Source: Candidatus Zambryskibacteria bacterium RIFCSPLOWO2_01_FULL_39_39 (lineage in GTDB: Bacteria > Patescibacteriota > Minisyncoccia > Phycocordibacterales > WO2-35-19). From it: a stretch of DNA of 64,000 bases. Below, one piece after another: positions 1 through 10,600 of this stretch. How positions within the stretch are numbered: the stretch's first letter is position 1; every line of letters begins with the position of its first letter. Made by a program: the position numbers and the translations under genes. Location of the stretch: positions 25,471 through 89,470 of the forward strand of contig MHWB01000011.1 in assembly GCA_001823925.1 (NCBI GenBank), in the 5' to 3' direction. The notes beneath the pieces were generated by a model. It searched no databases, was not told the DNA's origin, and saw only the letters and a list, made by a program, of their open reading frames with translations.

Positions 1-568
1 AATCCAAAAATCTTTTTGCTTGCTCCACATTGCCAGCAAAAAAGTGTGCGTTGCCTCGAAGCTTGTCTCCACCTTCGGCTTTTTTATAAACTTCCAAAAT
101 ATTTAGGACATCGTCGTAAGCTTCACGACAATGGAGCATTAGTGGCTTATTATATTTGAGTGCAAATTCTATTTGTTGTTTGAAAAGTTTAGTTTGTCTT
201 TCTCTTTCACTCTCTATATTTTCTGGCTCAATCCGAAACCAATCAAGACCACATTCCCCTATCGCAACAACTTTTGGATGCACAACTAATTTTTCAAATT
301 CTTTTTCTTCAAACCCCAAGGTGAGACCTTGAAAATTTCCTAAGGTCTCACCTTGGGGTTTTTCTGGATGCACCCCAATACAAGCCCAAATTTTGTTTCC
401 ATTTTTTTCACCCTCTTCTGCTATTTTTACCGCCCTTCTAGAACTTTCCAAATCTGTGCCAATGGTAATAGCTCCCACCTCGTTTTCTTTCATTCTCTCC
501 AACACTTCGGCAAGATCAGTACCATAATCCGGAAAATCTAGATGGCAATGTATGTCTATATATTTCAT
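1..568 (-). CDS. TatD family metal-dependent hydrolase/DNase. Partial: the 3' end lies beyond the window start.
   Basis: Reverse translation gives MKYIDIHCHLDFPDY...VVAIGECGLD...HCREAYDD...HFFAG, the TatD motifs. Not in the ORF track because it runs off the edge. Confidence 0.7.
   Translation of the reverse strand, partial: MKYIDIHCHLDFPDYGTDLAEVLERMKENEVGAITIGTDLESSRRAVKIAEEGEKNGNKIWACIGVHPEKPQGETLGNFQGLTLGFEEKEFEKLVVHPKVVAIGECGLDWFRIEPENIESERERQTKLFKQQIEFALKYNKPLMLHCREAYDDVLNILEVYKKAEGGDKLRGNAHFFAGNVEQAKRFLD
311..361. repeat. 20-bp perfect inverted repeat with an 11-nt loop, inside the TatD coding region and in frame.
   Basis: aaaccccaaggtgagacctt / aaggtctcaccttggggttt. It encodes KPQGETLGNFQGLTLGF in the minus frame. 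Confidence 0.8.
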
Positions 569-569
569 A

Positions 570-2006
570 TTAGTCCTTCCTTGGAAATAGAGGCTTTTCT
601 GGAACTTTATTTTCTTTTATGAGAGATTTTATTTTTGCAGAAGTTTCTGGGAGGATTGGGTTTAACATACGAGCAACGGAATAAAGTCTTACAACAAGAC
701 TGGAAATCATTTCTTTTCCTTTTTCTTTATCTTCTTTTACTACTTTAAACGGCTGATTGTCTTGGATATATTTATCCATTCCCCCTATTTCTTTCCAAAT
801 AAAATCACAAGCTTTATTTATTTCAAATTTTTCTAAGTAAGAAAAATACTGACTCATATCTTCCCATTCTGGAATCTTAACTGGCTCACTCAAGTTATCA
901 CTCGCCATTTTCATAATCCTAGAAACAAGATTTCCCAGACCGTTTGCCAATTTTGCGTTATAAGTTTGTTTGATTAAATCCATTGAGACTGGACTATCTT
1001 CAAACATAGATACTTCGGCACAAACATAGTAGCGAAGAGCTTCGGCCCCATACTCCTTCACCACATCATAAGGATTAACGGTATTACCCAAAGATTTTGA
1101 CATTTTTATCCCCCCCTCACCTGTAAAAAATCCATTGATAACAATTTGATGGGAATGGGGCAATCCCGCCGCCAAAAGCATCGCTTGCCACATTGCTGAT
1201 TGCATTCTTAAATTATCTTTACCGCAGTATTGAACAGGTGTTCCGTTTGTCCAAAATTTCTCAAACTGAATTTGGTCTTCAGACCAACCTAAAGTAGATA
1301 CGTAGTTGACGAGCGCATCAAACCAAACATACATCACCTGATCAGTATCTCCGGGCACCGGTATACCCCACGGCATTTTTGACTTGAGTCTCGATATAGA
1401 AAAATCTTCTAAGCCTCTTTCTACAAATAACCTTATCTCATTTAAGCGAAAGTCTGGCACCACAAAATTGGAGCGACTCTTATATAAATCTAACAGTTGT
1501 TTTTGAAAAGAAGAAAACTTAAAAAAATAATTTTCTTCGTCTATAAGCTCCACTTCCAGATTTGGATGAATTGGACACTTACCCTCAATTAATTCAGAAT
1601 CTGTTTTTTCTAACTCACAACCAACACAATATCTTATCTTATAAGATTTTTTATAAATAAAACCATTTTTATCACAAATCTTCCAAAATTCTTGAGCAGC
1701 TTTTATATGATGTTCGTCTGTGGTTCTAACAAAATGCACGTCCGGAGATATTTGAAGCAAGTCTATAAGGCCTTTAAATTTTTGGGCCCACTCATCTACA
1801 TATTCTTGTGGATCTTTGCCGATCTCTAAAGCTTTCTGATAAATTTTAGATCCATGCTCATCAGTACCTGTGTTGAAAAACACTTCAAGTCCCTGAAGTT
1901 TTTTGGTTCGAACAATTACATCTGCCCTTATTATCTCCATAGCAAAACCAACATGGGGGTCAGAATTCACATAGGGCAAAGTAGTGGTTATGTAAAATGT
2001 CTTCAT
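570..2006 (-). CDS. metG: Methionyl-tRNA synthetase
   Basis: N-terminal LPYVNSDPHVGF (HIGH-like), KMSKSLGN, Cys knuckle CVGCE...CPIH. Confidence 0.9.
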   Translation of the reverse strand: MKTFYITTTLPYVNSDPHVGFAMEIIRADVIVRTKKLQGLEVFFNTGTDEHGSKIYQKALEIGKDPQEYVDEWAQKFKGLIDLLQISPDVHFVRTTDEHHIKAAQEFWKICDKNGFIYKKSYKIRYCVGCELEKTDSELIEGKCPIHPNLEVELIDEENYFFKFSSFQKQLLDLYKSRSNFVVPDFRLNEIRLFVERGLEDFSISRLKSKMPWGIPVPGDTDQVMYVWFDALVNYVSTLGWSEDQIQFEKFWTNGTPVQYCGKDNLRMQSAMWQAMLLAAGLPHSHQIVINGFFTGEGGIKMSKSLGNTVNPYDVVKEYGAEALRYYVCAEVSMFEDSPVSMDLIKQTYNAKLANGLGNLVSRIMKMASDNLSEPVKIPEWEDMSQYFSYLEKFEINKACDFIWKEIGGMDKYIQDNQPFKVVKEDKEKGKEMISSLVVRLYSVARMLNPILPETSAKIKSLIKENKVPEKPLFPRKD

Positions 2007-2024
2007 TGAAATTTTGAGCCGATG

Positions 2025-3131
2025 TTACATTTGGCTTCCCGATTCTTTGGGGCGTCGAGACAAGCGTTCGGCTTCAGCGGTTTTATTTTTTTCCACATCG
2101 TTCAAAAACTCAATAAGCATCGTGGCCAAAGGCACCGAGATCAAGAGACCAACAAACCCAGCCAGCTTGTAACCGACGATAAGAGCCAAGATAGATACGA
2201 GCGGTGGTACTCCGACAATCTTGCGTACCACTAGTGGATATATGAGCTGATTTTCAAATTGTTGGATAATTATATAAAGACCAACCACCAAAAGAGCCGA
2301 GGTCATACCATTGGAAACTAGAGCCAAAGTAACCGCCGGTATAGCGGCCAGGATCGGACCAAAAATCGGAATTATTTCAAACATTCCAGCCAAAACGGCA
2401 AGGAGAAGAGCATTGTCGATTCGCATTAGAGTAAGACCCAAAAACACAAGCATTGCGATAATGATAGCCAAGACTACCTGCCCCTGCATCCAAAGACCGA
2501 TTTTGTGTTGAGACCTTTTCCACAGACCTAAAACATATTTTTCATTTTTGGCTGGAGTAACAATGCGTAAGAAATTGGAAACCCCATCAGACTCAACGGA
2601 TAGATAAAAAGATAGAACAACCACTAAAAGAAAACTTAAAATTCCACCGAAAACAGTGCTCGCGGTAGAGAAAAATCCATTTGATAAACTGGATACAGTA
2701 GTATTGATTTGTTCAACTATTTGGGAAAGAGAAAAAGTTTTAGAAAATCCCTCTACGGCAGAGTTTGAGCTAAAAAATTCTGTGTTTGATAGAGGATTCC
2801 AAACTTGGAGTTCTCCTAAATATCCGGGCAAGGTAGACAGGAGCGTCGCCGATTGATTTAAGAGGGGCAAAAAGAGGAAATAAAACATTAAAACCAAACT
2901 CATCACTGCCACCGAATATATAAAAAGGACTGAGATAATTCTGGGTATTCCCAGACGCAAAAACCATTGGGTACCCGGCTCCACCGCAGAGGCGATTATA
3001 ACCGCGAGCAAAACTACCAACACAATGTCTCGCAAGTAATAAAAAGCAACAAAAATCGAGACAATGAGCAGGGCCTTCATGATCGTCCCCGAACTTATTT
3101 GAATTATTTTATCACTTCTACCAATTGCCAT
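2025..3131 (-). CDS. AI-2E family transporter (UPF0118 / PerM-like membrane protein)
   Basis: Multi-TM 368-aa protein with the characteristic AI-2E-like layout. Confidence 0.65.
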   Translation of the reverse strand: MAIGRSDKIIQISSGTIMKALLIVSIFVAFYYLRDIVLVVLLAVIIASAVEPGTQWFLRLGIPRIISVLFIYSVAVMSLVLMFYFLFLPLLNQSATLLSTLPGYLGELQVWNPLSNTEFFSSNSAVEGFSKTFSLSQIVEQINTTVSSLSNGFFSTASTVFGGILSFLLVVVLSFYLSVESDGVSNFLRIVTPAKNEKYVLGLWKRSQHKIGLWMQGQVVLAIIIAMLVFLGLTLMRIDNALLLAVLAGMFEIIPIFGPILAAIPAVTLALVSNGMTSALLVVGLYIIIQQFENQLIYPLVVRKIVGVPPLVSILALIVGYKLAGFVGLLISVPLATMLIEFLNDVEKNKTAEAERLSRRPKESGSQM

Positions 3132-3151
3132 AATCTATATTATATCATTTT

Positions 3152-3409
3152 TTATTTATAAATATCATGCGTTCCAACGGCATGAAATCGTACATGGCCC
3201 GAATCAACAAAAGTGAAACCGATTCTGTAATAATAACTTATTGAGAAAGCCCAATAATCTTTCATTGCCCCATGCAACTTATGAGTTTTTAGTCGTAGAT
3301 CAAAAGGATTGTTTCTGAATATTGTCTCAATTGCCAACGCCTTCATTTTTACATCTTTTGGAAGTTTTTTGAACTGCTTTAAAAATTTCAGAGAATAATC
3401 AATTACCAT
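3152..3409 (-). CDS. Type II toxin, RelE/ParE family
   Basis: 85 aa; KLHGAMKDYWAFSI...RIGFTF pattern; immediately downstream of a small antitoxin-like ORF. Confidence 0.55.
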   Translation of the reverse strand: MVIDYSLKFLKQFKKLPKDVKMKALAIETIFRNNPFDLRLKTHKLHGAMKDYWAFSISYYYRIGFTFVDSGHVRFHAVGTHDIYK

Positions 3410-3414
3410 GATTA

Positions 3415-3630
3415 TTACATTAAATCTTTTAGAGATTTTAGTGTTTTAAATTTTCCCGTAGCAAAATCTTTTTCACTTTCCATAATACTTTCTATTAATT
3501 TTTGATCCTCAAATGCTCTAATAGAATCGCGAAACAATTCGCTTGCAGAGGCATAATTATTTTCTTTAATAAGATTATTTATTTTATCCCTAAAACTTTG
3601 AGGCATTGAAATGTTTAGCGTTGTTCTCAT
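3415..3630 (-). CDS. Antitoxin (ParD/CopG-like ribbon-helix-helix) paired with the 3152-3409 toxin
   Basis: 71 aa; position and size; 6-nt gap to the toxin. Confidence 0.5.
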   Translation of the reverse strand: MRTTLNISMPQSFRDKINNLIKENNYASASELFRDSIRAFEDQKLIESIMESEKDFATGKFKTLKSLKDLM

Positions 3631-3658
3631 TTAAATTTAATTATTTCTAATACGACCA

Positions 3659-3677
3659 GTGTAGCACAATGTGCTAC
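3659..3677. promoter_or_regulatory. Palindrome gtagcac-aat-gtgctac upstream of the toxin-antitoxin operon; candidate operator
   Basis: 7-bp perfect inverted repeat about 30 bp upstream of the antitoxin start; no T-run, so not a terminator for glyQS. Confidence 0.3.
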
Positions 3678-3699
3678 AGGGTGCAACTTACTCATCAAT

Positions 3700-5034
3700 T
3701 TATAAGACTTTTTCTTTAATATACTCGACTAAATCTTTTTCTGACACTCTTTCTTGTTTGCCACTGTCACGGTCGCGAACAGTAACACCTGTAGATTTTT
3801 CAATCGTATCAAAATCTATAGTCACACAAAAGGGTGTGCCTATCTCGTCTTGTCTTCTATATCTTTTGCCAATATTACCATTATCATCAAATTCAACGGC
3901 CCCAAATTCTTTTTTAAGCTTTTGGTACACTTCCCTAGCCTTTTCTACAAGCTGTGGTTTGTTTTTGAGTAATGGAAATACAGCTACTTTCACCGGAGCT
4001 AATTTTGGAGTAAGTTTTAAATAACCTCTAACTTCCCCACCAAGCTCATCTTCAGTATAAGCTTCAAGCATTACAAACAAGAAGGCCCTATCAACTCCCC
4101 CAGAACACTCAACATCCCACGGAATAAATCTTTCTTTTGTTTCTTCATCATAATAAGACATATCGACTCCGGAATATTCTGTGTGTCTCCTTAAATCCCA
4201 ATCTGCCCTATGGTGTATTCCCCATGCTTCTTTCCAACCAACAGATGGCATATTGTACTCTATATCCCATGCATCTTTGGCATAGTGGGCTCTTTCGTCC
4301 GCTGCATGCTGACGCAAACGCAAATTTTCTTTTTTAAAACCCAAACCAAGATACCAATCAAAAGCAAACTGTTTCCAGTACTCGTACTGCTTCATCCCTT
4401 CTTCTTCATTTGGCTTTATATAATATTGTAATTCCATCTGTTCAAACTCGCGCTGACGAAAAAGGAAGTCACGTGGGGTAATCTCATTTCTAAATGCTTT
4501 TCCTATCTGTCCAATGCCAAAAGGAATTTTTGTGTGCATTGAATCCAATATATTTTTAAAGTTAACATGCACCCCTTGTGTTATCTCCCCACGCAAATAA
4601 ACCTGATTAGCGGTCTTTTCAGCGGCACCCAACTTAGTTCCAACAAGCATGTTAAATTTTACCGGTTCAGTCCATTCAACCTTTTCTTTTTTATGAGTTT
4701 TTTCATGATCGCTAATCGCTTCGGGTTGGTCGGCACGAACTCTTTCGTGACAAATTTTGCATTCAACTAATGGATCAGTAAAAAGCTCCGTATGACCAGA
4801 CGCTTGCCAAACTTTTTCTGGCATAAGTATTGCTGCCCCCATGCCATACACATCTTCACGTTCAACGATAAATTTCTGCCAAAAATATTGCTTAATATTG
4901 TGTCTCAATTCAACACCCATGGGACCGTAATCAAAAATACCAGCCAAGCCACCATAGATTTCAGAGCCTTGAAAGATAAATCCCCTTCTTTTACAAAGAG
5001 AAACTACTTTTTCCATTTTACTATTATCTGCCAT
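3700..5034 (-). CDS. glyQS: Glycyl-tRNA synthetase (class II, dimeric GlyQS type)
   Basis: 444 aa; N-terminal GFIFQGSEIYGGLAGIFDYGPMG; class II motifs. Confidence 0.9.
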   Translation of the reverse strand: MADNSKMEKVVSLCKRRGFIFQGSEIYGGLAGIFDYGPMGVELRHNIKQYFWQKFIVEREDVYGMGAAILMPEKVWQASGHTELFTDPLVECKICHERVRADQPEAISDHEKTHKKEKVEWTEPVKFNMLVGTKLGAAEKTANQVYLRGEITQGVHVNFKNILDSMHTKIPFGIGQIGKAFRNEITPRDFLFRQREFEQMELQYYIKPNEEEGMKQYEYWKQFAFDWYLGLGFKKENLRLRQHAADERAHYAKDAWDIEYNMPSVGWKEAWGIHHRADWDLRRHTEYSGVDMSYYDEETKERFIPWDVECSGGVDRAFLFVMLEAYTEDELGGEVRGYLKLTPKLAPVKVAVFPLLKNKPQLVEKAREVYQKLKKEFGAVEFDDNGNIGKRYRRQDEIGTPFCVTIDFDTIEKSTGVTVRDRDSGKQERVSEKDLVEYIKEKVL

Positions 5035-5060
5035 GTTGAAGAGATTAACACAATTATTTA

Positions 5061-7010
5061 TTATTGCACCACCCTTTCATCTCCCATTTTAAAACCTGGG
5101 TCTCCGGAAAAATCAGTAGTGACTTCTCCAGTCCTTGTTTCTATTTTTAAACCAGTTATCTTATCAATACCAGAAAGAGAGGCTCCACCCAAAAGGCTTG
5201 GGGTTTGCCCGATTTGACTTACACTAGGTAAGAATTCAAGCTGAAAATATATTTCCTTGGCGGGAGAATCGAAACCAGTATTTGGCAAAACAGATCCCAC
5301 ACTCCAAACAACTTCATTGCTCACAGGATTGAATGAAAAAATTTCGCTCGCTGGGCTTTTTATATTAGTCCACTTTACATAAGAAGGCAGGGTGGCTCTA
5401 ACTTCCACATTGCTTACCTGATTAAAAGAATTATTAATACTCCAGACCACAGTATACGTGGTGGGCGCATCAGCCTTTGGTGGTATTGGTCCAGAATTTT
5501 CCAAGTTGCCAGCAGATCTTACTATTTTTGATGAAAGAGTGATATCGGTTGCAAGAACAATTTTTCTTGTCTCAACAGAAGAAACCATCTCCACCGAACC
5601 AGACTCTAAAATCCTTTCACCCCTAGCTTTAATGGTTATTTCTATTTCAGGCCTAACGCCTTTGGCTATATTTGAATACAGAAGGGGTGTCAATCGAAAA
5701 GATAATCTTTCTTCAGAACCCGGCCCCATATCAGAAAGCCCTGGCACCAGACGTTTATCCCACAAAATAGTATCATTTGATGACTGAAAGAATCCATTAT
5801 TTCCCGGGAGAACCCCCGATCGATTAAAAGCTCCGCCCTTAAAAGTAACTTCAACTACTGTATTAAATAATCTAGATGGCAAATTATTTTTAACCGTAAA
5901 TTCGGTGCCAATCTGCTCACCACCTTGAGCGGCAAAATCCCCATCTCCTCCTTCAATAGACACATCTAGCCCAATAAAAGGCTTTTTTACCAAAATTGAT
6001 TCCACTGACTGCGAAAACGGCACGGCTATTTTCCTTTCATCATCTAGACTCCCCGTGCCCACGTTTATCTTAAAAACTTTTTCTTCATTGTCTTGCCCAA
6101 TAATACTTCCTTTTATTGTAATTGTTTTCTTTTCTCCAGAGTTAAGGCTTCCAAATCGCCAAATATTATTGTTATACGAGGCCTTGGGTGTCGCTTCTTT
6201 AAAAACAAAACCAAATGGATATTCAACATTAACCAAAAAATCGCCCACCTTATCTTTAGAGTTTGAGGCTACTTCTACATTAAAAGAGATCTCTTGATTT
6301 GAATTAACTTCTTTGGGATAAGTGGGGGTGATTATGACCGGAGCAGAACTTATAGATATTTCATGTATTTTCTCTTTATAAAAAAGAGCGCTTGAATTTT
6401 CTACTCTATACTCTAAAGATATTTTCAATTGTTTCAACTCCTCTTTTTCTCCAAAGAAGACTACTTTAATATTTTGGTTGAAATCTTCTCCGGATTTTAT
6501 TTTATCCAAAGCAAATCTTTCTTGATCAAGTTCTTTAGTCAAATCGCTTACAGATCTCGTGCCCGCTGGATATTCTAACAGTAAGGAAGCGGAATCAAGA
6601 TCTACATTGTTGTTATTTATAATACTTATATCAAACGACACCTCTTGCCCACCTCCCACCGAAAGCGGTCCTACCACTTTTATATCAACATTTTTTGAGG
6701 AAATAGAGTTCACGCCACCAAAAAACACAAAGATGGCCACACCACAAGCGGCCACAAAAAACAAAGTGGAAAATATGAAAATTTTATTTATGAAGTTGTG
6801 TTTTTTCTGAGCCATTTTTGATACTTTAGCCGCTAACTCGTCAAAACCATTGCTTTTTGCGTTTTGCCAATTTTCTTTTATTCCCTCTGGTTCTTCTATT
6901 CGAGGATTAAATTCTGACCTCTCAGTGTGATCGATATTAGAGATATTTCTAGAATATAATTTTCTTTCAAGTCTTTCTAGCTTTTCTTTTTTTTCATCAT
7001 TGAATTCCAT
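5061..7010 (-). CDS. Hypothetical membrane-anchored protein with a large extracytoplasmic region
   Basis: 649 aa; a single TM near residues 75-100; no recognised domain. Confidence 0.4.
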   Translation of the reverse strand: MEFNDEKKEKLERLERKLYSRNISNIDHTERSEFNPRIEEPEGIKENWQNAKSNGFDELAAKVSKMAQKKHNFINKIFIFSTLFFVAACGVAIFVFFGGVNSISSKNVDIKVVGPLSVGGGQEVSFDISIINNNNVDLDSASLLLEYPAGTRSVSDLTKELDQERFALDKIKSGEDFNQNIKVVFFGEKEELKQLKISLEYRVENSSALFYKEKIHEISISSAPVIITPTYPKEVNSNQEISFNVEVASNSKDKVGDFLVNVEYPFGFVFKEATPKASYNNNIWRFGSLNSGEKKTITIKGSIIGQDNEEKVFKINVGTGSLDDERKIAVPFSQSVESILVKKPFIGLDVSIEGGDGDFAAQGGEQIGTEFTVKNNLPSRLFNTVVEVTFKGGAFNRSGVLPGNNGFFQSSNDTILWDKRLVPGLSDMGPGSEERLSFRLTPLLYSNIAKGVRPEIEITIKARGERILESGSVEMVSSVETRKIVLATDITLSSKIVRSAGNLENSGPIPPKADAPTTYTVVWSINNSFNQVSNVEVRATLPSYVKWTNIKSPASEIFSFNPVSNEVVWSVGSVLPNTGFDSPAKEIYFQLEFLPSVSQIGQTPSLLGGASLSGIDKITGLKIETRTGEVTTDFSGDPGFKMGDERVVQ

Positions 7011-7036
7011 TATCTTTAATTATAACACGAGTAGAT

Positions 7037-7615
7037 TTAAGTCGCCCTGAGAGACTCGTTGATGAGTCCTATTATTTTTGATCTTTGGGGAGCAATCATT
7101 TCCAAATCTTTTATTTCTATTTCTGAAGAAGACATCGGGATCAGTAGCTCTGGGTCGTGGCGCATATAACCCAAGACGTGCAAGATGCGAACCAGAGTTA
7201 AACATTCAGCCAAAGCAATACTTTCTTCTTTCGCGGTTATTAAAAAATCAAAAAAATTTGCAACAATACCAAAAATGGAACCATGAGCTTCTTCTTCGGA
7301 AACAAGTTTCTTTATGAGGCTAAGTATATTTGAAGCAATTCTTAATTTAAGCGGAGAATTCCTAAAGCTTTCATAAAAATTCTGCTCCGCCCTAACACTA
7401 ACAACTTTAAAGCCACCTTTGCCACGCACCAAAGAAAATTCACTGAAAGAAAAATCTTGCGAGCCTCCGCGCAATTTAGAGCGGATATTTCTAGCTCCTT
7501 GCACCCGAGCATTTATTAATCCAAAATTTTCAGTAAATATTTCTATGAGCCTATTGCTGTCCCCTTCAATTTTACTTCCGACGACAATACCCTTGGTGTG
7601 GTGTTTGTGGTACAT
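7037..7615 (-). CDS. RecO-like DNA repair protein
   Basis: N-terminal OB-fold-like GIVVGSKIEGDSNRLIEIFTENFGLINARVQGAR resembles the RecO N-terminal domain. Confidence 0.45.
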   Translation of the reverse strand: MYHKHHTKGIVVGSKIEGDSNRLIEIFTENFGLINARVQGARNIRSKLRGGSQDFSFSEFSLVRGKGGFKVVSVRAEQNFYESFRNSPLKLRIASNILSLIKKLVSEEEAHGSIFGIVANFFDFLITAKEESIALAECLTLVRILHVLGYMRHDPELLIPMSSSEIEIKDLEMIAPQRSKIIGLINESLRAT

Positions 7616-7626
7616 AAAATTAAGTT

Positions 7627-10600
7627 TTATTTAATTTTAATTTTCAATTTATAATTTTCAATTTTCAACTCTTCTCCGTCGTTTTCAGCAAAAATAATTT
7701 CATTTATATTAGTTGGTTTTTTAATTTCCGAAATAACAGAGTTCAAAAATTCTTTACCCACATTGTCCGTCTCCACCAAAAGCTCTATTGCGTCAGCTGG
7801 CATTAAATTTTTATTCTTACGAAGTTCTTGAACAGCTCTTATAAAACTTCTTAGATCACCCTCTTTTTGCAATTCTTTTGTTATTTTTGTGTCCAACTCC
7901 ACTTCTGTTTCTAAATTTTCCTGGAAGATTATTTTTTTAACATTAACTTCATCCTTTATTAATTCCAAATATTCTTCTTTATCTTTCAATTTTAAATCTT
8001 TAATTTTTAATTTACTAAGAGGTTGTCTTACTTTTATATTGGCCGTCATTCTTTTTTCTAACGCTAAAGAAACTGTTTTTCTTACCTCTTGCATCATTTC
8101 CAAAATTTCTGCGAAATGGAGCCCTTCGACTTCGCTCAGGACGGGCCAACTGCAAAGATGGACACTCTCTGGATCATTTGGAAATTTTAATTTCAAATAA
8201 ATATGTTCAGCAAAAAATGGAGTAAGTGGTGCCATATATTTTGCCAATTCTAATAAAACAAAGCGAGTGGTTGAGAGCACATTATTTTTGTCTTTTATGT
8301 CTTCCGATTTAAATCTATCTCTTGAGCGTCTAATATACCAAGTAGAAAAATCTTCAATAAAATTCAGGATGGGACGGGTTGCGCCGTAAATATCACAAAC
8401 ATTAAGTGCTTTGGTTATTTCTTTATGGAGTTCACTTAAGCGAACCAAAATCCATCTGTCCAAAACATGTTCCGACTCTTGATTATTTTCAACAACTTTT
8501 TTGTCAGAATACATTTCATAAAACGAAAGTACATTTTCAAGTTTTAAAATAACTTTTTTTGAAACTTCATCTACCCCTTTTTCAGAAAAATTTAAATCCT
8601 CGGCTTTCATGACCGGAGTTGACATGAGATAATATCTCAAACTATCTGCTCCATATTTATCAACAATAACTGTCGGGTCTTGGTAATTTTTAAGCCTCTT
8701 GCTCATTTTTTTACCATCTTCTGCTAAAACAATGCCGTTGACTACCACATTATTAAAAACTTGTTTTCCAAACAAACTAGTTGCAAAAACATGCTGGTAA
8801 TAAAACCACTTACTAATCTGGTCAAGCCCTTCGGCAATAAAGTCGGCAGGAATACGACTTTCTACTTTTTCTTTATTTTCAAATGGATAATGGTAGGAGG
8901 AAAAAGGCACTGATCCAGAATCAAACCATGTGTCCAAAACATCAGTTACCCTTTTAAAAACTATGCCTTTGTCATTAACCAATTCTACCTCATCTATATA
9001 TGGCCTATGTAAATCAAGTTCGTAATTTTCGTTATGAGGAAGTGGTACAAAATTTAGTTCTCCAAATTCAGCAAACTCTGATTTATGTATTCCTTTTTCT
9101 TTTATTTCAATTGACCTGTTCAAATTTGCCCCCTCCGTCACCATATACATAGCCGCAATCGGACCATCGTGACTCACCAAAAGAATGTTTTTATCAGAAT
9201 ATTTTTTTTCAATATTAAAAAGTAGACCCCCCATTCTCTTATTTAAGTCAAGTAAAGTCTCTCCACCATCAGGTGCTTTTTCAAATCTTTCTCTCATATT
9301 TGCAAACAATTTCCAATATTCATCCCATTTTTTACCTTCAAAATCTGGTCCCTTTTTAAATTCTCCCAGCAAATCATCTACTTTGACATCCTCTTTACTT
9401 AAATCTAAAGCTTGGCGCACAATTTCTGCAGTTTCAAGACATCTTTCAAAAGGAGAAGTAATTATTAAATCAATTTTTTCTTTTTTTATATCTTGGGCAA
9501 CAGTCTGTACTTGCTTTCTACCTTCCTTGGTTAAGGGAAAAATATTTTGGGGATCTGAATTTATAATATCCGAAATATTTTGCTCGGCTTCTCCATGTCT
9601 CATTACAAAATATTTATTGCCAGATTTTTTGGTATATTTTTGTAGCTCTTCAACTGACCCGATCACTAACCTTTCCTCTGTTTTTTCATTTTCCCAAACA
9701 GGAATAGTGTTTGCCCAAAAACGCTGTCTGCTAATAGACCAGTCACGAGCATTTTCTAACCAACTATGCCAACGACCTTCTTTGATGTGTTTTGGTTGCC
9801 AATTTATATTTTCTGCGTACTCAAGAAGATCTTTTTTTATTTTTGAAACTGAAACAAACCAGGAACTGGTGGCATAATTTAAAAGCGGAGTTTCGCACCT
9901 CCAACAGTGTGGGTATGAGTGCTCATATTTTTCCTTAGAGAAAAGGAGATTTTTTTGAGCTAATATTTTCAAAACCTCCACATCAGTTTTTTGTGGATCC
10001 TCTATTGGTTTTACAGAAAGCCCAGCCAAATCGAGAACCTCCGATCTTATAATGCCATCCATACCAACATGTTGAACAAACGGTAATTTTTCTTTTTTAC
10101 CAAGTTCCATATCATCTTCCCCAAAAGCAGGGGCAATATGAACCACCCCCGTACCACTTTCAGTGGTCACGAACGAAGTGGCATAAATCTTCCAACCATT
10201 TTTTCTATTTTCTAATGTCTTACTTTTTGAATAATCATCAAAAATTGGTTTGTAAGATTTGCCAACTAAATCTTTGCCTTTAAACTCTTCAACAATCTCA
10301 AACTTATCCTCTTTAAAAATTTCTTTGAGCTTTTCTTTAATGAGAATAAATCTAGTGAGATTTTCCATGGTCTCATCTTTCTTTTCTATTTTTACATAAA
10401 TAAAATCTGGGTTTACTGCCAAGGCAACATTGCCAGGCAGAGTCCATGGGGTAGTTGTCCAAGCCAAAATAAAAGTATTCGGTTCATCCACTAATTCAAA
10501 TTTAGCTGTTACCGCGATATCTTTAATATCTTTATAGCCTTCTGCTACTTCTGCTTGAGCTAGTGTAGTCTCACAACGCGGACAAATATACATTGATCGA

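Noticed and set aside
9185-9877. 230-aa + strand ORF inside ileS, and many other 60-160 aa ORFs antisense to large genes (polA, PBP, dnaN, pilB, VirB6-like)
   Set aside because: They are antisense to long well-supported genes and have low-complexity Ser/Phe/Leu-rich translations typical of AT-rich shadow frames.
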